Assembly (NCBI GenBank): GCA_977017645.1
Contig: OZ360228.1
Span: forward strand, 8,804,001 to 8,868,000
Direction: 5' to 3'
Length of the DNA: 64,000 nt
From: Torpedo marmorata
Taxonomy: Eukaryota
Below the pieces are notes generated by a model that saw only the letters and a list, made by a program, of their open reading frames with translations, was not told the DNA's origin and searched no databases. This document shows positions 23,177-35,306 of the stretch, piece after piece. Positions within the stretch are counted from its first letter, which is position 1; every line of letters begins with the position of its first letter. Position numbers and translations under genes: made by a program.

Positions 23177-25464
23177 AGAAGAGTAATAGTCCCTGGAGAG
23201 CCCAGGTGGTTGTGGTAAAAGGGGCCAAGAGCAGAATGGTGGTGGACTACAGCCAAACCATTAACAGGTTTACGCTACTAGACGCATACCCGCTACCACG
23301 GATAGCGGAGATGGTGAACCAAATTGTCCAATACCGTCTCTTTTCCACCATCGACTTGAAATCGGCATATCACCAGCTCCCTATCCGTCGGGAGGACCGT
23401 TCATACACCGCGTTCGAGGCAGATGGCAGGCTGTTCCAATTCCTGCGCCTTCCATTTGGTGTTACTAATGGTGTTTCTGTTTTTCAGCGGGAGATGGACA
23501 GGATTGTGGACCATTACAAACTTAAAGCCACTTTCCCATATCTTGACGACATTACCATCTGTGGTTATGATCGTCAGGACCATGACAACAACCTCCGGAG
23601 GTTCCTGCAGGCGGCCAAAGCTCTAAACCTCACGTATAACAAAGAAAAATGCGTGTTTGGTACCACTCGCCTCGCTATTTTGGGGTATGCGGTCGAGAAC
23701 GGGGTAATTGGACCAGACCCCGAACGCATGCGGCCCCTGCTGGAACTTCCGCTCCCCACCAATCCCAGAGCCCTTAAACGATGCCTCGGGTTCTTTTCCT
23801 ACTATGCCCAATGGGTCCCAAATTATGCGGATAAGGCCCGACCCCTTGTGAAATCCACTGCATTTCCCCTTGCTTCGGAGGAACGTAAGGCGTTCGACCT
23901 TATAAAAGGGGACAATGCGCGAGCAACAATGCACGCAGTGGATGAGGAGACACCTTTCCAGGTGGAGAGTGATGCATCGGACTTCGCGCTGGCTGCTACA
24001 CTCAACCAGGTGGGAAGACCGGTGGCATTTTTCTCTCGAACCCTTCAGGGCCCCGAAATTCGGCACTCAGCAGTGGAGAAGGAAGCCCAGGCCATAGTGG
24101 AGGCCATCAGGCATTGGAGGCACTATCTCGCTGGTAAGCATTTTACCCTGCTGACAGATCAACGCTCTGTGGCATTCATGTTCAACAATCAGCAGCGGGG
24201 TAAGATCAAAAATGACAAGATCATGAGGTGGAGAATAGAGCTCTCCACCTACAATTACGACAACATGTACCGGCCCGGGAAGCTCAATGAGCCCTCCGAT
24301 GCTCTATCCCGGGGATCGTGCGCCAGTGCGCAGATCGACCGATTACACGCCATTCATGACGACCTATGCCACCCAGGAATTACCAGGCTCTTTCACCTCG
24401 TGAAGTCACAGAACCTGCCATACTCCCTGGAAGAGGTCAGGACAATGATCAGCAGTTGCTGGGTTTGCGCGGAGTGCAAACCCCAGTTCTACCGCCCCGA
24501 CAAGGCACAGCTGATCAAAGCCACTCGCCCCTTTGAACGTCTCAGCATTGACTTCAAGGGGCCCCTTCCCTCCACGAACCGCAATGTGTACTTTCTGAAC
24601 ATTATTGACGAGTACTCGCGGTTCCCCTTCGCCATTCCCTGCCCCGACACTTCGGCTGCCTCAACCATAAAAGCTCTTCGCCAGGTATTTACGCTGTTCG
24701 GCTTCCCGAACTACATTCATAGCGACCGGGGATCAGCTTTTATGAGTGAGGAGCTGCGCCAGTACCTGCTGACCCGGGGCATCACCACTAGTAGGACCAC
24801 CGCATACAACCCCCGAGGTAATGGACAGGTGGAAAGGGAGAACGCCACTGTCTGGAAGGCGGCGCTCCTGGCTCTCAAGTCCAGGGGACTGCCGGTTTCC
24901 CGCTGGCAAGATGTTCTCCCCGAAGCCCTCCATTCGATACGGTCCTTACTGTGCACAGCCACCAATGTAACGCCTCATGAGAGATTTTTCTCCTTCTCCA
25001 GGAGGTCGAACACCGGAACCGCCCTGCCTGCCTGGCTGACGTCTCCGGGGCCGGTGCTGCTCCGCAACCACCTCCGGAGCAGCAAATATGAGCCCGCGGT
25101 CCAGAGGGTGCAGTTAGCGCACGCTAACCCGCAGTACGCCTACGTGGTCTTCCCGGATGGGAGAGAGGACACGGTCTCAATTCGGGAACTGGCGCCCGCG
25201 GGAGCGCCGGAGGATCCTCTCGACGGGCAAGACCACTCGCTGCGGCCCCTCCCTATTCCCTCTTCTACAACGTCAGACCAGGCACCCTCGATGGAACCCA
25301 CAATCCTGCCATCTCACCCAGTACCACAGGAGGAGGCGACGGCCTTGCCATCTTCCCCTGCACCACAACCCGCACCCAGGGTACCCCCTGCACCACAACC
25401 CGCACCCAGGGTACTGCGCAGGTCACAAAGGCGAGCCAAACCACCGGATCGCCTTAACCTGTAA
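23155..25464 (+). CDS. Gypsy pol: reverse transcriptase, RNase H, integrase (769 aa open)
   Basis: RT motifs DLKSAYHQ, LPFG, YLDD; RNase H motifs ESDASD, EKEA, TDQRS; integrase HDDLCH...CWVC, IDFKGP, HSDRG, NGQVERE; basic C-terminus LRRSQRRAKPPDRLNL; no chromodomain seen. Confidence 0.95.
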   Translation: MLQEGIIEKSNSPWRAQVVVVKGAKSRMVVDYSQTINRFTLLDAYPLPRIAEMVNQIVQYRLFSTIDLKSAYHQLPIRREDRSYTAFEADGRLFQFLRLPFGVTNGVSVFQREMDRIVDHYKLKATFPYLDDITICGYDRQDHDNNLRRFLQAAKALNLTYNKEKCVFGTTRLAILGYAVENGVIGPDPERMRPLLELPLPTNPRALKRCLGFFSYYAQWVPNYADKARPLVKSTAFPLASEERKAFDLIKGDNARATMHAVDEETPFQVESDASDFALAATLNQVGRPVAFFSRTLQGPEIRHSAVEKEAQAIVEAIRHWRHYLAGKHFTLLTDQRSVAFMFNNQQRGKIKNDKIMRWRIELSTYNYDNMYRPGKLNEPSDALSRGSCASAQIDRLHAIHDDLCHPGITRLFHLVKSQNLPYSLEEVRTMISSCWVCAECKPQFYRPDKAQLIKATRPFERLSIDFKGPLPSTNRNVYFLNIIDEYSRFPFAIPCPDTSAASTIKALRQVFTLFGFPNYIHSDRGSAFMSEELRQYLLTRGITTSRTTAYNPRGNGQVERENATVWKAALLALKSRGLPVSRWQDVLPEALHSIRSLLCTATNVTPHERFFSFSRRSNTGTALPAWLTSPGPVLLRNHLRSSKYEPAVQRVQLAHANPQYAYVVFPDGREDTVSIRELAPAGAPEDPLDGQDHSLRPLPIPSSTTSDQAPSMEPTILPSHPVPQEEATALPSSPAPQPAPRVPPAPQPAPRVLRRSQRRAKPPDRLNL

Positions 25465-25550
25465 AATATGACTGTAAATATTTTGAAGTCCTGTAGTGAT
25501 TGTATTGTGGCCACTTCACCCCGCTGGACTCTTTTAAAAGGAGGGGTGAA

Positions 25551-25794
25551 TGTGGTAAACCACTGTTTGTGTATTGTATGTACTGCTGTCTGTCCCGGCG
25601 ACTCCTCTCCCCTCCTTTGGGTGTCCAAGTAATCCCTCCCCTTTTCTCACCCGAATAAAGCCTTGTGTGCTACGGCTCCGCCCACAGTCCGGGATAGATC
25701 TGCAGGTCCACTGTAGGTCTGTTTTATGTGTATTAAAGCCTATGGTTCGTTAACCCTCTCATAGTCTCTTGAGTGCTAATTGATAGGCATATCA
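25551..25794 (+). repeat. 3' LTR of Gypsy element
   Basis: Direct repeat of 21279-21522, immediately after the PPT. Confidence 0.97.
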
Positions 25795-28700
25795 GAAATG
25801 GAATTAATTAAATAGAAAATGCTGGAAACACTCAGCAGGTCAGGCAGCATCTGGGGAGAGAGAAACAGAAGACCTTTTGCCAGAACTGAAAAGTTAACCC
25901 TGCTTCTCTTCCTTCAGACTCTCTTCACCTGCTGAATGTTTCCAGTATTTCCTGCTCTTGTTTCTGACTTCCAATGTCTGCCTTTGGTTTTCGATTTTCT
26001 GTAAATTAGACAGTGAGAAGGTCAATGGGCTGCATGGCTTCTTGTCTGTGCTGTTACATTCCAGGAAAACCTGCTGCATTTTCTGCTGCGTGACTATCAA
26101 ATGGAATCTTGACGCTTCCCTGAAACCCTCAGTCTAGCAGACATTGTCAGGTAGATTTGCACTTCTGATATCCTTGAGAAAATACAAAGGCTGTTATGTT
26201 ATATCATATTCATAATTATCCAGACATGAAACTCGGAATCTATATACCACCCATATAATGGAAACACTAGCAATAAATGGGGGAAAAACCCTTGTCTTCT
26301 GCATAACTTGTCTTTTGTAGTTAACCTCTCCTGACAATTGAATTGAGTTGTTTATTGTCACGTACTGAGATGCAGTAAAATGTTGTGTATTGCACGCTAT
26401 CCAGACAAGTCGGCTCGCACCTTTGTGCAGCAGATTGTGCAATAATGAAACAGAAGTCGAGGGTGTAGTTTTACAGTGTGTCAGAGTACACAGTATCATG
26501 TTATAAAGTTCAGGGTACAGAGAGAAGTACATGTAAAGTAATATATGGGCATTAAGCTATTACTAGTAAGAAGTCCATTTAAGAGTCTGGTAACAGCGAG
26601 AAAAGGTTAATATTTTCAAGCTCGTGTTACCTTCTGCCCAACAGCGGGAGGAGAAGAGAGTGTGACCGGGGTGGTATTGGCCTCTTAACATATCTTGAGA
26701 CAGTGAGAGGTGTAGATGGAGTCAATGGAGGGGAGCTTTGTGTGCGTGATGGCCTGAGCTGACCAATTTCTTGCATCCGATTTGTGAATGCATTTTAAGT
26801 TTGTGCTCACAGTTTCACGGCAACTTTCCTTTCTGCCCAACCAGCACAGTCTCCATTTCCTCCCTGTACTTGGCATCCAGATCGCACTGCCTTTTCTCCG
26901 ATTCACCTCTCCGTTACAAACAAAATAATGCTGGAAATACTTGGGTTAGGCAGCACCTGTGAAGAAATAGAGTTGATGTTTCTGTTTCTTTGTTCACAGA
27001 TGCTGCCTGACCTGCTAGTTATTTTTACTTTGTGTTTATACAGTGTTTTTCTACTTTTCCGCTCCTTGCCTGTACTGTGGTCTGGCTCCCTCCACCACCA
27101 ATCAATCTCATAGTTCCCAGCCAATGTTGCCTTCACTCCTGCACCTGAAGCAGATGAGAGATCAGAACTCGAGTCATCTTTCTTCATGTGGCGCAGTGTC
27201 ATTGATCACATACTCTGTGTGCTGTATCTTCCAGAGTGATGTTATTAGGAGGTGCACAAATTAATGGTGGGGTCCATTTTCAAAGCACTCATGAAGCTAC
27301 TATTTAACAGGCAGTGCCCTAAACTATAGAGTGGTTTCACTGTGTATTAATTGACAAGTTGGGACTGGGATGCCAAATTTGTATTCGTATGAGACACGAC
27401 TGACAAATAGTGGACACTTAGCAGTATCCAAACTTATTACAAGGGTGAGGAATCGGTCTCTGGAGCAGTATATGTAAGATCTCTGCTTGGATTTATGCAG
27501 TTCTTGATAATTGGTCAGTAGTAATTAATTACTGTCTCAATATTCAGCCATATTTGGTGTTGGGAAGTGTGTCACCTCTGAAGTGGTTAACGAAAGGCTC
27601 TGACAGATATTTTCCTTCATGGGCAAGGTACCGGAAGACTGGAGGGTGGCTAATACTATGTATTTATTTTAGGAGGACCATCCTAGAAACAACAAGCTGA
27701 TGAACCTGACATCAGTGATGGGAAATGTTACTGGGGGAAATTCTGAGAAATTGGATCTATCTGTATTTGGAAAGACAGGACTGATTAGAGATGGTCAGTT
27801 AAACAAAACAAAATCTGCTGATGCTGGGGTCCAGTGCCATTTCCCCACGATTTTCTTTTACTACATTTGGGGGAGAAATATTGACCAGGTCACTGGAGAG
27901 AGGCCTTTGTATTTCTTCCAAGAGATTATATGTGGTCTTTCAGCCCTGCAAGAGGAAGTTTGGAGCTGTTTAATACCTCACTTGTAATCCAGTGCTCTCA
28001 GTGTACACTAGTTTGCCAGTCTTGGTCAGATCTCTCTGAAGTCAGACCCATAAGCTTCTGACAGGGAGGCCAAGAGTTCTACAGTTTTGGGTCATAGCCA
28101 AGTTGAATGAGGAACCAGCAGTCAAAAGTTGGAATTAAGATGGTTAGTCATAAAGTTGTACAGCATAGAAAAAGGCCTGTCAGCTCATCTTATCCATGCC
28201 AACCAACATGCCTATCTGTGGTAATCGTGCTTTTCTGAATTGATTTTCACCCCTCTGCTCTGCTCATTCATATACCATCCAGAATATTGCTACTGTTCTT
28301 GCCTTCGACAACTCATTTTAGATACCAATTTAACTGCTCAGATCCCCTTTTAACCTCCTCCCTCTCGCAATAATCCTATGCCCTCCACTTTAAGGCACCC
28401 CAACCAGGGGGAAGGGGACACTGAGTACCCTTGCTATGGCTCTGCTGATTTTGTATTCAATTTTTAAAATTTAGTGATACAGCATGGTAACAGGCCCTTC
28501 GATCTACGAGCCCACACTTCCCAAATACAGCCATGTGGCCAATTAACCTACTAACCCCATATGTCTTTGGAATGTGGGAGGAAACTGGAGCACCTGGAGG
28601 AAACCCACACAGACACGGGGAGAATGTACTACTTGTAATAGCATTGTGCTAAGCACTACATTAACCATGCCCCCTCAATCGTGTCACCACTCGGCCTCTT

Positions 28701-30379
28701 TCACTCCAGGGAAAACAGACCCTGCCTATCCAATCTCTCCTTATAGCGCAAGTACTCTATGACCTTGTAAATGTTTTCTGGCTTAGCTTGGAGATGAAGA
28801 GACAAGGCAAAATTTTTTTTTCCCCTCACAGACTTCAATTCCTGCTCCGCTAGAGCAGCCTCCGGCATCCACGAGGACGCGATGGGTTGATTTAAGGTGG
28901 GGCGAGCTGTCGGCACCTCTGCAGCCCTGCGATGAGGAAGAGTGATTGGGGTGGGGAGGAGGGAGCTGTGGTTGGAGTGAATTTTGAGGTGTCAGACTGC
29001 TCCAGACATCAGGGTTTAAACATTAACACAACTTGGCAAGCTGGTGCTCTGAGAGAGAGGGAATCAACTACAAAGCCTAAAGCTTAGCAAGTGCCCTCGC
29101 CCAACAGGGCACATTTTATTAAAAAAATAACATTCATTCCTTTCCCATCAGAGACTTCCACGGACAACAATGTACAATTTTTGGTTTTCTGCAGATTATT
29201 CAAATAATAATTGCCCCCAATATCTATTTTGATTGGCATTAATTTGGGAGTGATTCAGACTGGGAGATTGAACTGGACTGGGCTCCACTTTATCAACATG
29301 GCTCCATCTTTCCCTACCTACCCACTGCTAAGGGAAGAGGGGAATTACAGGGATTGGGTGGTACTCCATTCTAGATTAGGGTTCTCTCCAGAATTATCCC
29401 ATCGCCTATGAATTTGAAAGTTTGATTTCTTGATAGTTTCCAAATTCTAGTCAGACAAGGATTATCTGAATGGGGAATTAAGTCTATCTGTCTACTGATT
29501 GACTGTGGGTGGTGTGAGGCACATGACATAATAGGCAAATGACAGCCAAGACATGAGCATAGGGTGGTTAAAGGCAAGCATATTTGTGTGCCGAAAGTTC
29601 CAGGGATGCACTAATGCGGAGCAGGCAACCCTGGTTGCTCCAGGATAGGATCTTGGCTAAATGAATGAAATCCTTTGTTACTGCCTTCAGAAAGGAGAGG
29701 AGAAAAATTTCCATTCCTCTAGTGCCTTTCACATCCTTAGGACGTCTCAAAACCTACTGCAGCTGCTGAAGTATTGCCACTGTTTCAGTATAGGATATAT
29801 TTCCAACATCTACATGGCAACGCTGTACAGGTGGAATGGATAATTACAAATTCTCTCTTCACATTAAAATTAGCCAGAGCTTGGCAGGGATTGGATACAA
29901 GCTGTGTTTGAACTGTTGATGTACTATCTGACAAGTTTGGTTTGCAAGGCAGTGCCATCCTTGAAGCTGAAATATTTCTTCTAGAAAGTTAATCAGAGCA
30001 TTCAACGTGAAACGGTTGCATAATGTTAGCATCACGGTATGGTTAGCGTAGCAGTTGGCGCAATGCTGTAACATCGCCAGCGACCGGAGTTTGAATCCGG
30101 CGCTGTCTAAGAAGTTTGTACATTCCGTGTCTGCGTGGGTTTCCTTCCAGGTCAATTGGGTGTAATTGGGCGGCACGGGCTCGTGGGCCGAAAAGGCCTG
30201 TTACCGTGCTGTATGTCAAAATTTAAATTGAAAAAACATAATGTGTGTTGTGTGCTATAGTAAGGAAAGGAGCCAGACAAAAAACGAATAGAGCATATAT
30301 CACAGTGCAAAGTTTTGTTTTCAGAGTGCTTCACAGACAAATGCAATGTAGGAACAGCGCACAGCAAGGATCTCCAACA

Positions 30380-31185
30380 ATGAATATGGCATATGGGAAG
30401 GAGATGGAGAATCTAATGACGTGGTCCAGGACAGCAACCCCTCCCTCGATGTAAACAAAAGTGAAGGAGTTGATCATTGCTTCAGGAAGCAGGGTGGAGC
30501 ACACACTTTGGTCTGCTGAGGTGGAGATGGCAAATTTTTAACTGTTTAGATGTAAATATAGCCAATAATATGTCCTGGTCCTACCGTGTTGATGCTACAG
30601 CCAAGAAGGTGCACCAATGCCTCAACTTCTACAGGAACCTAGAAAAATTCAGCAAGTCCCCAATGTCACTTACCAGTTTTTATGGATGCACCATAGAAAG
30701 TATCCTGTCAGGATGCATGATAAGCCGGGACACAAACTGCTCTGCCTAAGACTGCAAGACGTTGCAGAGAGTTTTGAATGCAGCTCAGACCATCACATAA
30801 GCTGCCCTCCCCTCTATTGACTGCCTATACCTCTTGCTGTCTCGAGAAAGCAGCCAAAATATTAAAGAATCCATCCCACCCCAGTCACGCGCTCTTCTCT
30901 CCCCACCCCAGCTTCTGTTGGGCAAAAGATGCACGAGTTAGAAAATGCACACCATGAGACTCGAGAACAGTTTTTTTTTCACTGCTGTTATCAGAATCGA
31001 ATGGACTCTCATTGGTAAAATGAAACTAAACTTGCACTGTTTTCACTGAACTCTAACGCTATGCTCTGCATTTTTGGGTGCTACCCAGCCAAGTCAACCT
31101 ATCCATGGGTACAACATGTAGTACAAAATAAAACAACATTTATTTCCACTGTGTCTCAGTACACATGACAAACAATTCAATTCAA
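30380..31185 (+). mobile_element. Old Rex1/Babar 3' fragment
   Basis: Degenerate NMSWSYRVDATAKKVHQCLNFYRNL...CTIESILSGCM; tail acaattcaattca. Confidence 0.7.
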
Positions 31186-31951
31186 GAAGCATTCCCACAA
31201 ATGGTCATTTGAGAAAGGACAAGACAATCAGGATGTAGTTTGAGGAAATATCGAGCACACTGTCAGGTTGAACTCTTTGCTCTTCCTTCAGACAAGTGCC
31301 ATCAGATGCTGCAGTTGGACCTGGTTACCTTCCCAACCAGAAGATGACGTACAGGTGGCCAGCCTAAGTTTTAGTGCGGCCCTCTCACACTCGGGAATGA
31401 GTAGAGTGATTAATGATGTTTGAGTCAAGCTGGTTGCCTCACCTAGATAACGCTGAGTTATGAGTTGGAATCAGAGCTGATGTGAATTGGCTCTCTGGCT
31501 GGAGACCCCATTCAAATGCTGACACAGGCTAGGAATCCTGTGGCAAGTAACTTATCACCTACCTCCCCAAAGCCTGTCCTCCATTTACAAGACTCACATC
31601 AGGAAGGTGATGGAATACTCTCCACTTGCCTGGATGAGTGAAGCTTCAACAACACTCAAGTAGCTCGACACCACTCAAACATAACAGCCATTCACTCATT
31701 CATTCCACTGGTGCACAGTAGCAGCAGTTTGTCTCCTACTAGGATGCACTGCACCAAGAATCCGTCGCCAGCACCTTCCAAACCCAGGACCTCTACCAGC
31801 TAGAAGGTCAATGGCAGTGAAAGCATGGGATCAGCCGCCACCTGAAAGTTGCCTTCCGAGCCACACCATTCCTTCACCGTCGTTGGGTCAAAGTCCTGGC
31901 ACTCTTCTGACAAACATTGTGGGTATACCAACACCTCAAAGGCAGAACTGG

Positions 31952-32263
31952 CGAATTTGAAGGTCTCTGGACATCGGATCTGACTGGCGAACCTATCCTC
32001 CATAATAAAATTAGTTATAGATGTATTTTTTAGATTGACATTCTCCTTATTCTATCTTTTTCTTTCTTTCTTTTTTTTCTTTCTTTTTTCTTTTTTTTTC
32101 TTTTTTCATTTATTTATTTATTTTTTAAAGTAGTTTAGAAGGGGTGGGAGGGTTAGGGAGGGGAGGGAGGATGAAAATGTATCACATGTATTTTGATAAT
32201 TTTATATTTTACCTTATGTATTTTGTGATTTAAAAATTTTAAATAAAATATTTTTTTTTAAAA
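31952..32263 (+). mobile_element. 5'-truncated L1/Tx1-type insertion (3' UTR with T-rich and G-rich tracts, AATAAA, A-tail) with 14-bp TSD
   Basis: aaaggcagaactgg (31938-31951) and aaaggccgaactgg (32264-32277) flank the insert with one mismatch; the host repeat resumes after it. Confidence 0.6.
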
Positions 32264-32720
32264 AAAGGCCGAACTGGTTCCAGAAAGCAGCTCAGCACCA
32301 CCTTCTCGGAGATAATTAGAGAAAGTCAATTAAATGCTCAACCCGCGAAGCCCACATCTCTGGAATGAATATTAAATAAAATTGTTTGCAGATGGAATGA
32401 ATGTCATTTGCCACTTATTGGCCCATGCATGAGTGTTGTTTTGGTCTTGCAGACATGGGCAACTTCACTTGCTGAATAGTGAAGAAAATAGAGCAATTGC
32501 CAGCAAGCATCTATGTCCTCTTTAGTGTCTTCAGCCAAATGTATCATTGGATCAGTATAACTAACTGGTTAACATGACTGTTCTCGTTGTGGGATCATGC
32601 TGTTTACTAATTGGCTGCAGCGTTTCTTACAACAGTTGCAATGCTTCCAAAGTTGAACCATAGAACACTACAGCACTGAAACAGGCTGTTTGGTCCATCT
32701 AGTCTGTGCTGAACTATTAT

Positions 32721-35306
32721 ACGCCGCCATTCAGCTGGATGGACTCGCTTTATTTCGGGCTGACAGAGATGTTGCACTCTGTGGAAAAGTCCGTGGCGGT
32801 GGCTTGTGTGTTTACATCAACACAGAATGGTGTAAGGACTCTGTACTAGTCTCCAGTCACTACTCAGCACTGGTGGAATTTGTGACTGTCAGATGTAGAC
32901 CATTTTACCTACCGTGGGAATTTACCACTGTCCTTGTAGTTGGAGTGTACATCCCACCCAGCGCTAATGCCAAGGAGGCGATCTGGGAACTGTGTGGGGC
33001 TATAGGCGAACTGCAGATCGCACACCCTGATGGACTGCTGATTATCGCTGGCGACTTCAACCAGGCGAACCTCAAGTCAGGGCTACCAAAATTCCATCAG
33101 TATGTGGACTTTGCTATGAGAGGGGCGAACGCGTTGGATCTTGTGTTCACGAACATTTCCGGCGCGTATCGGGCGTTGCCCCGCCCCCACCTCGGATACT
33201 CAGACCATATCTCTGTAATACTAACCCCAGCATACAGACCGCTCGCCAGACGCTCTAGACCAGTTCGGAAGCAGGTTAAAACCTGGCCAGAAGGTGCCAT
33301 CCATGCACTTCAGGACTGCTTTGAGCGTACTGATTGGCACATGTTCAGGGAAGCAGCAACCGATGGCGACTGCATCAATCTGGAGGAGTATACGGCATCA
33401 GTGACTAGCTATATTAGTAAGTGTACTGACGAAGTCACTGTGCCCAAGACCATCATTACTCGCTCTAATCAGAAGCCATGGATGACTGCGGAGGTGCGTG
33501 TGCTGCCGAGGAGCCGAAACTCTGCCTTCAGTGCGGGCGACAAGGTAACCCTAGCTATTGCAAGAGCCAAGCTGTCTAAGGCCATCAGGGAGGCAAAGCA
33601 TGCACATGCCCAGCGAATTCAGTCACTTTCAGGACAGCGAGGACACGCGACGCATGTGGAAGGGCATTCAAGATATCACCAACCACAAGACTACACCATC
33701 TGACTGTGCTGGTGATGCTTCCCTCCCAGATGCACTGAACAACTTCTGCGTGCATTTTGAGGCGAAAAATGATGTTGTGGCAAAGAAGACAACCCCTCCT
33801 CCAAATGATCAGGTGCTGTGTTTTACAGTGGCCGACGTGAGGAGAGTATTAAGCAAGGTTAACCCACGGAAAGCTGCTGGGCCAGATAACATTCCCGGCA
33901 GAGTGCTCAGGGGATGTGCGGCCCAGCTGACTGATGTTCTCACCGACATCTTTAACATCTCCCTGAGCAGTGCCGTGGTTCCAACGTGCTTCAAAGCCAC
34001 TACCATCATCCCCGTGCCGAAGAAGTCGACGGTCTCCTGCCTCAGTGACTACCGCCCTGTCGCACTCGCATCTACCGTCATGAAGTGCTTCGAGAGGCTC
34101 GTCATGAGGCACATCAAGCTTCTGCTGGCCCCCTCACTGGACCCCCTGCAGTTCGCATATAGATCAAACCGTTCCACAGATGATGCCATCATTACCACCC
34201 TTCATCTAGCCCTCACCCACCTGGAAAATAAGGACGCGTATGTTCGAATGCTGTTTATTGACTTCAGCTCGGCATTCAACACGATCATACCTCAGTACCT
34301 GATAGGGAAGTTGAGGGGGCAGGGCCTAAACTACACCCTCTGTAATTGGATCCTAGACTTCCTGACGGGAAGACCTCAGGCAGTCCGGATTGGAAACAGC
34401 ACTTCTAAGGTCATTACATTGAGCACGGGGGCTCCCCAGGGCTGTGTGCTTAGTCCATTGCTGTTCACCCTGCTGACTCATGACTGTGCAGCAAAACACA
34501 GCTCGAATCACATCATAAAGTTCGTTGATGATACGACCGTGATGGGCCTTATCAGTAAGAACGATGAGTCAGCATACAGAGATGAGGTGCAGTCATTAAT
34601 GGAATGTAAACAAAACAAAAGAGTTGGTTGTCGACTTCAGAAGGGCCCGGGGGGATCATTCTCCATTGACCATGGACGGCTGTACCGTTGAGGTCGTAAA
34701 GAGTACCAAGTTTCTTGGAGTGCACTTGGCGGAGATTCTCAGCTGGTCCCTCAACACCAGTTCCATAGTCAAGAAAGCCCAGCAGAGTCTTTACTTCGTG
34801 CGAAGGCTGAGGAAAGTTCATCTCCCACCCCCTATCCTTACTACATTCTACAGGGGATGTATTGAGAGTATTCTGAGCAATTGCATCACCGCTTGGTTTG
34901 GTAACTGTACCATCTCGGACCGAAAGACCCTGCAGAGGATAGTGGGGTCAGCGGAGAAAATTATTGGAGTCTCTCTCCCCACCATGACGGACATCTACAA
35001 CACACGATGCATGAGAAAGGCTAAAAACATTGTGAAGGACTTCTCGCACCCCTTTGGTAAACTGTTTTCCTCTTTTCCATCTGGAAGGAGGTACCGAAGC
35101 ACTCGGGCTCGTACGTCCAGACTGTGCAACAGTTTTTTCCCCCAAGCCATCAGGCTCCTCAATTCCTAGATATATATATGTGTATTAGCATGTTATAGTT
35201 TTTCTATTGTATTATGATATTTATGTACATCTGCCCATGGTCTTGGAGAAACGCTATCTCGTCTTACTGTGTATATGGTAATGAACGACAAATAAAGGTG
35301 ACTTGA
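32721..35306 (+). mobile_element. Long Rex1/Babar LINE (APE endonuclease + RT), 5'-truncated, frameshifted, inserted into a CR1-tail repeat
   Basis: [29 protein letters not shown] (APE); [36 protein letters not shown] (RT); ends SFFPQAIRLLNS* then aataaaggtgacttg. The host repeat (catagaacactacag...actattat | ctgcctagtc...) resumes on the other side, as seen uninterrupted near 1291-1580. Confidence 0.95.

Larger units (their letters stand above)
21279..25794 (+). mobile_element. Near full-length Ty3/Gypsy LTR retrotransposon in a PLEKHG3 intron, sense orientation
   Basis: Two 244-bp LTRs (TG...CA), domain order gag-PR-RT-RH-IN, and polypurine tract aaaaggaggggtgaa at 25536-25550. Flanks are gaaaa|TG and CA|gaaat: either a GAAA 4-bp TSD plus one extra A, or a 5-bp TSD with one mismatch. 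Confidence 0.97.

Noticed and set aside
28832-28896. Possible 65-nt exon with strong acceptor in a small CpG-containing patch
   Set aside because: The donor (AAG|gtgggg) is mediocre, inclusion would frameshift the next exon, and there is no protein similarity. Unsupported without RNA data.
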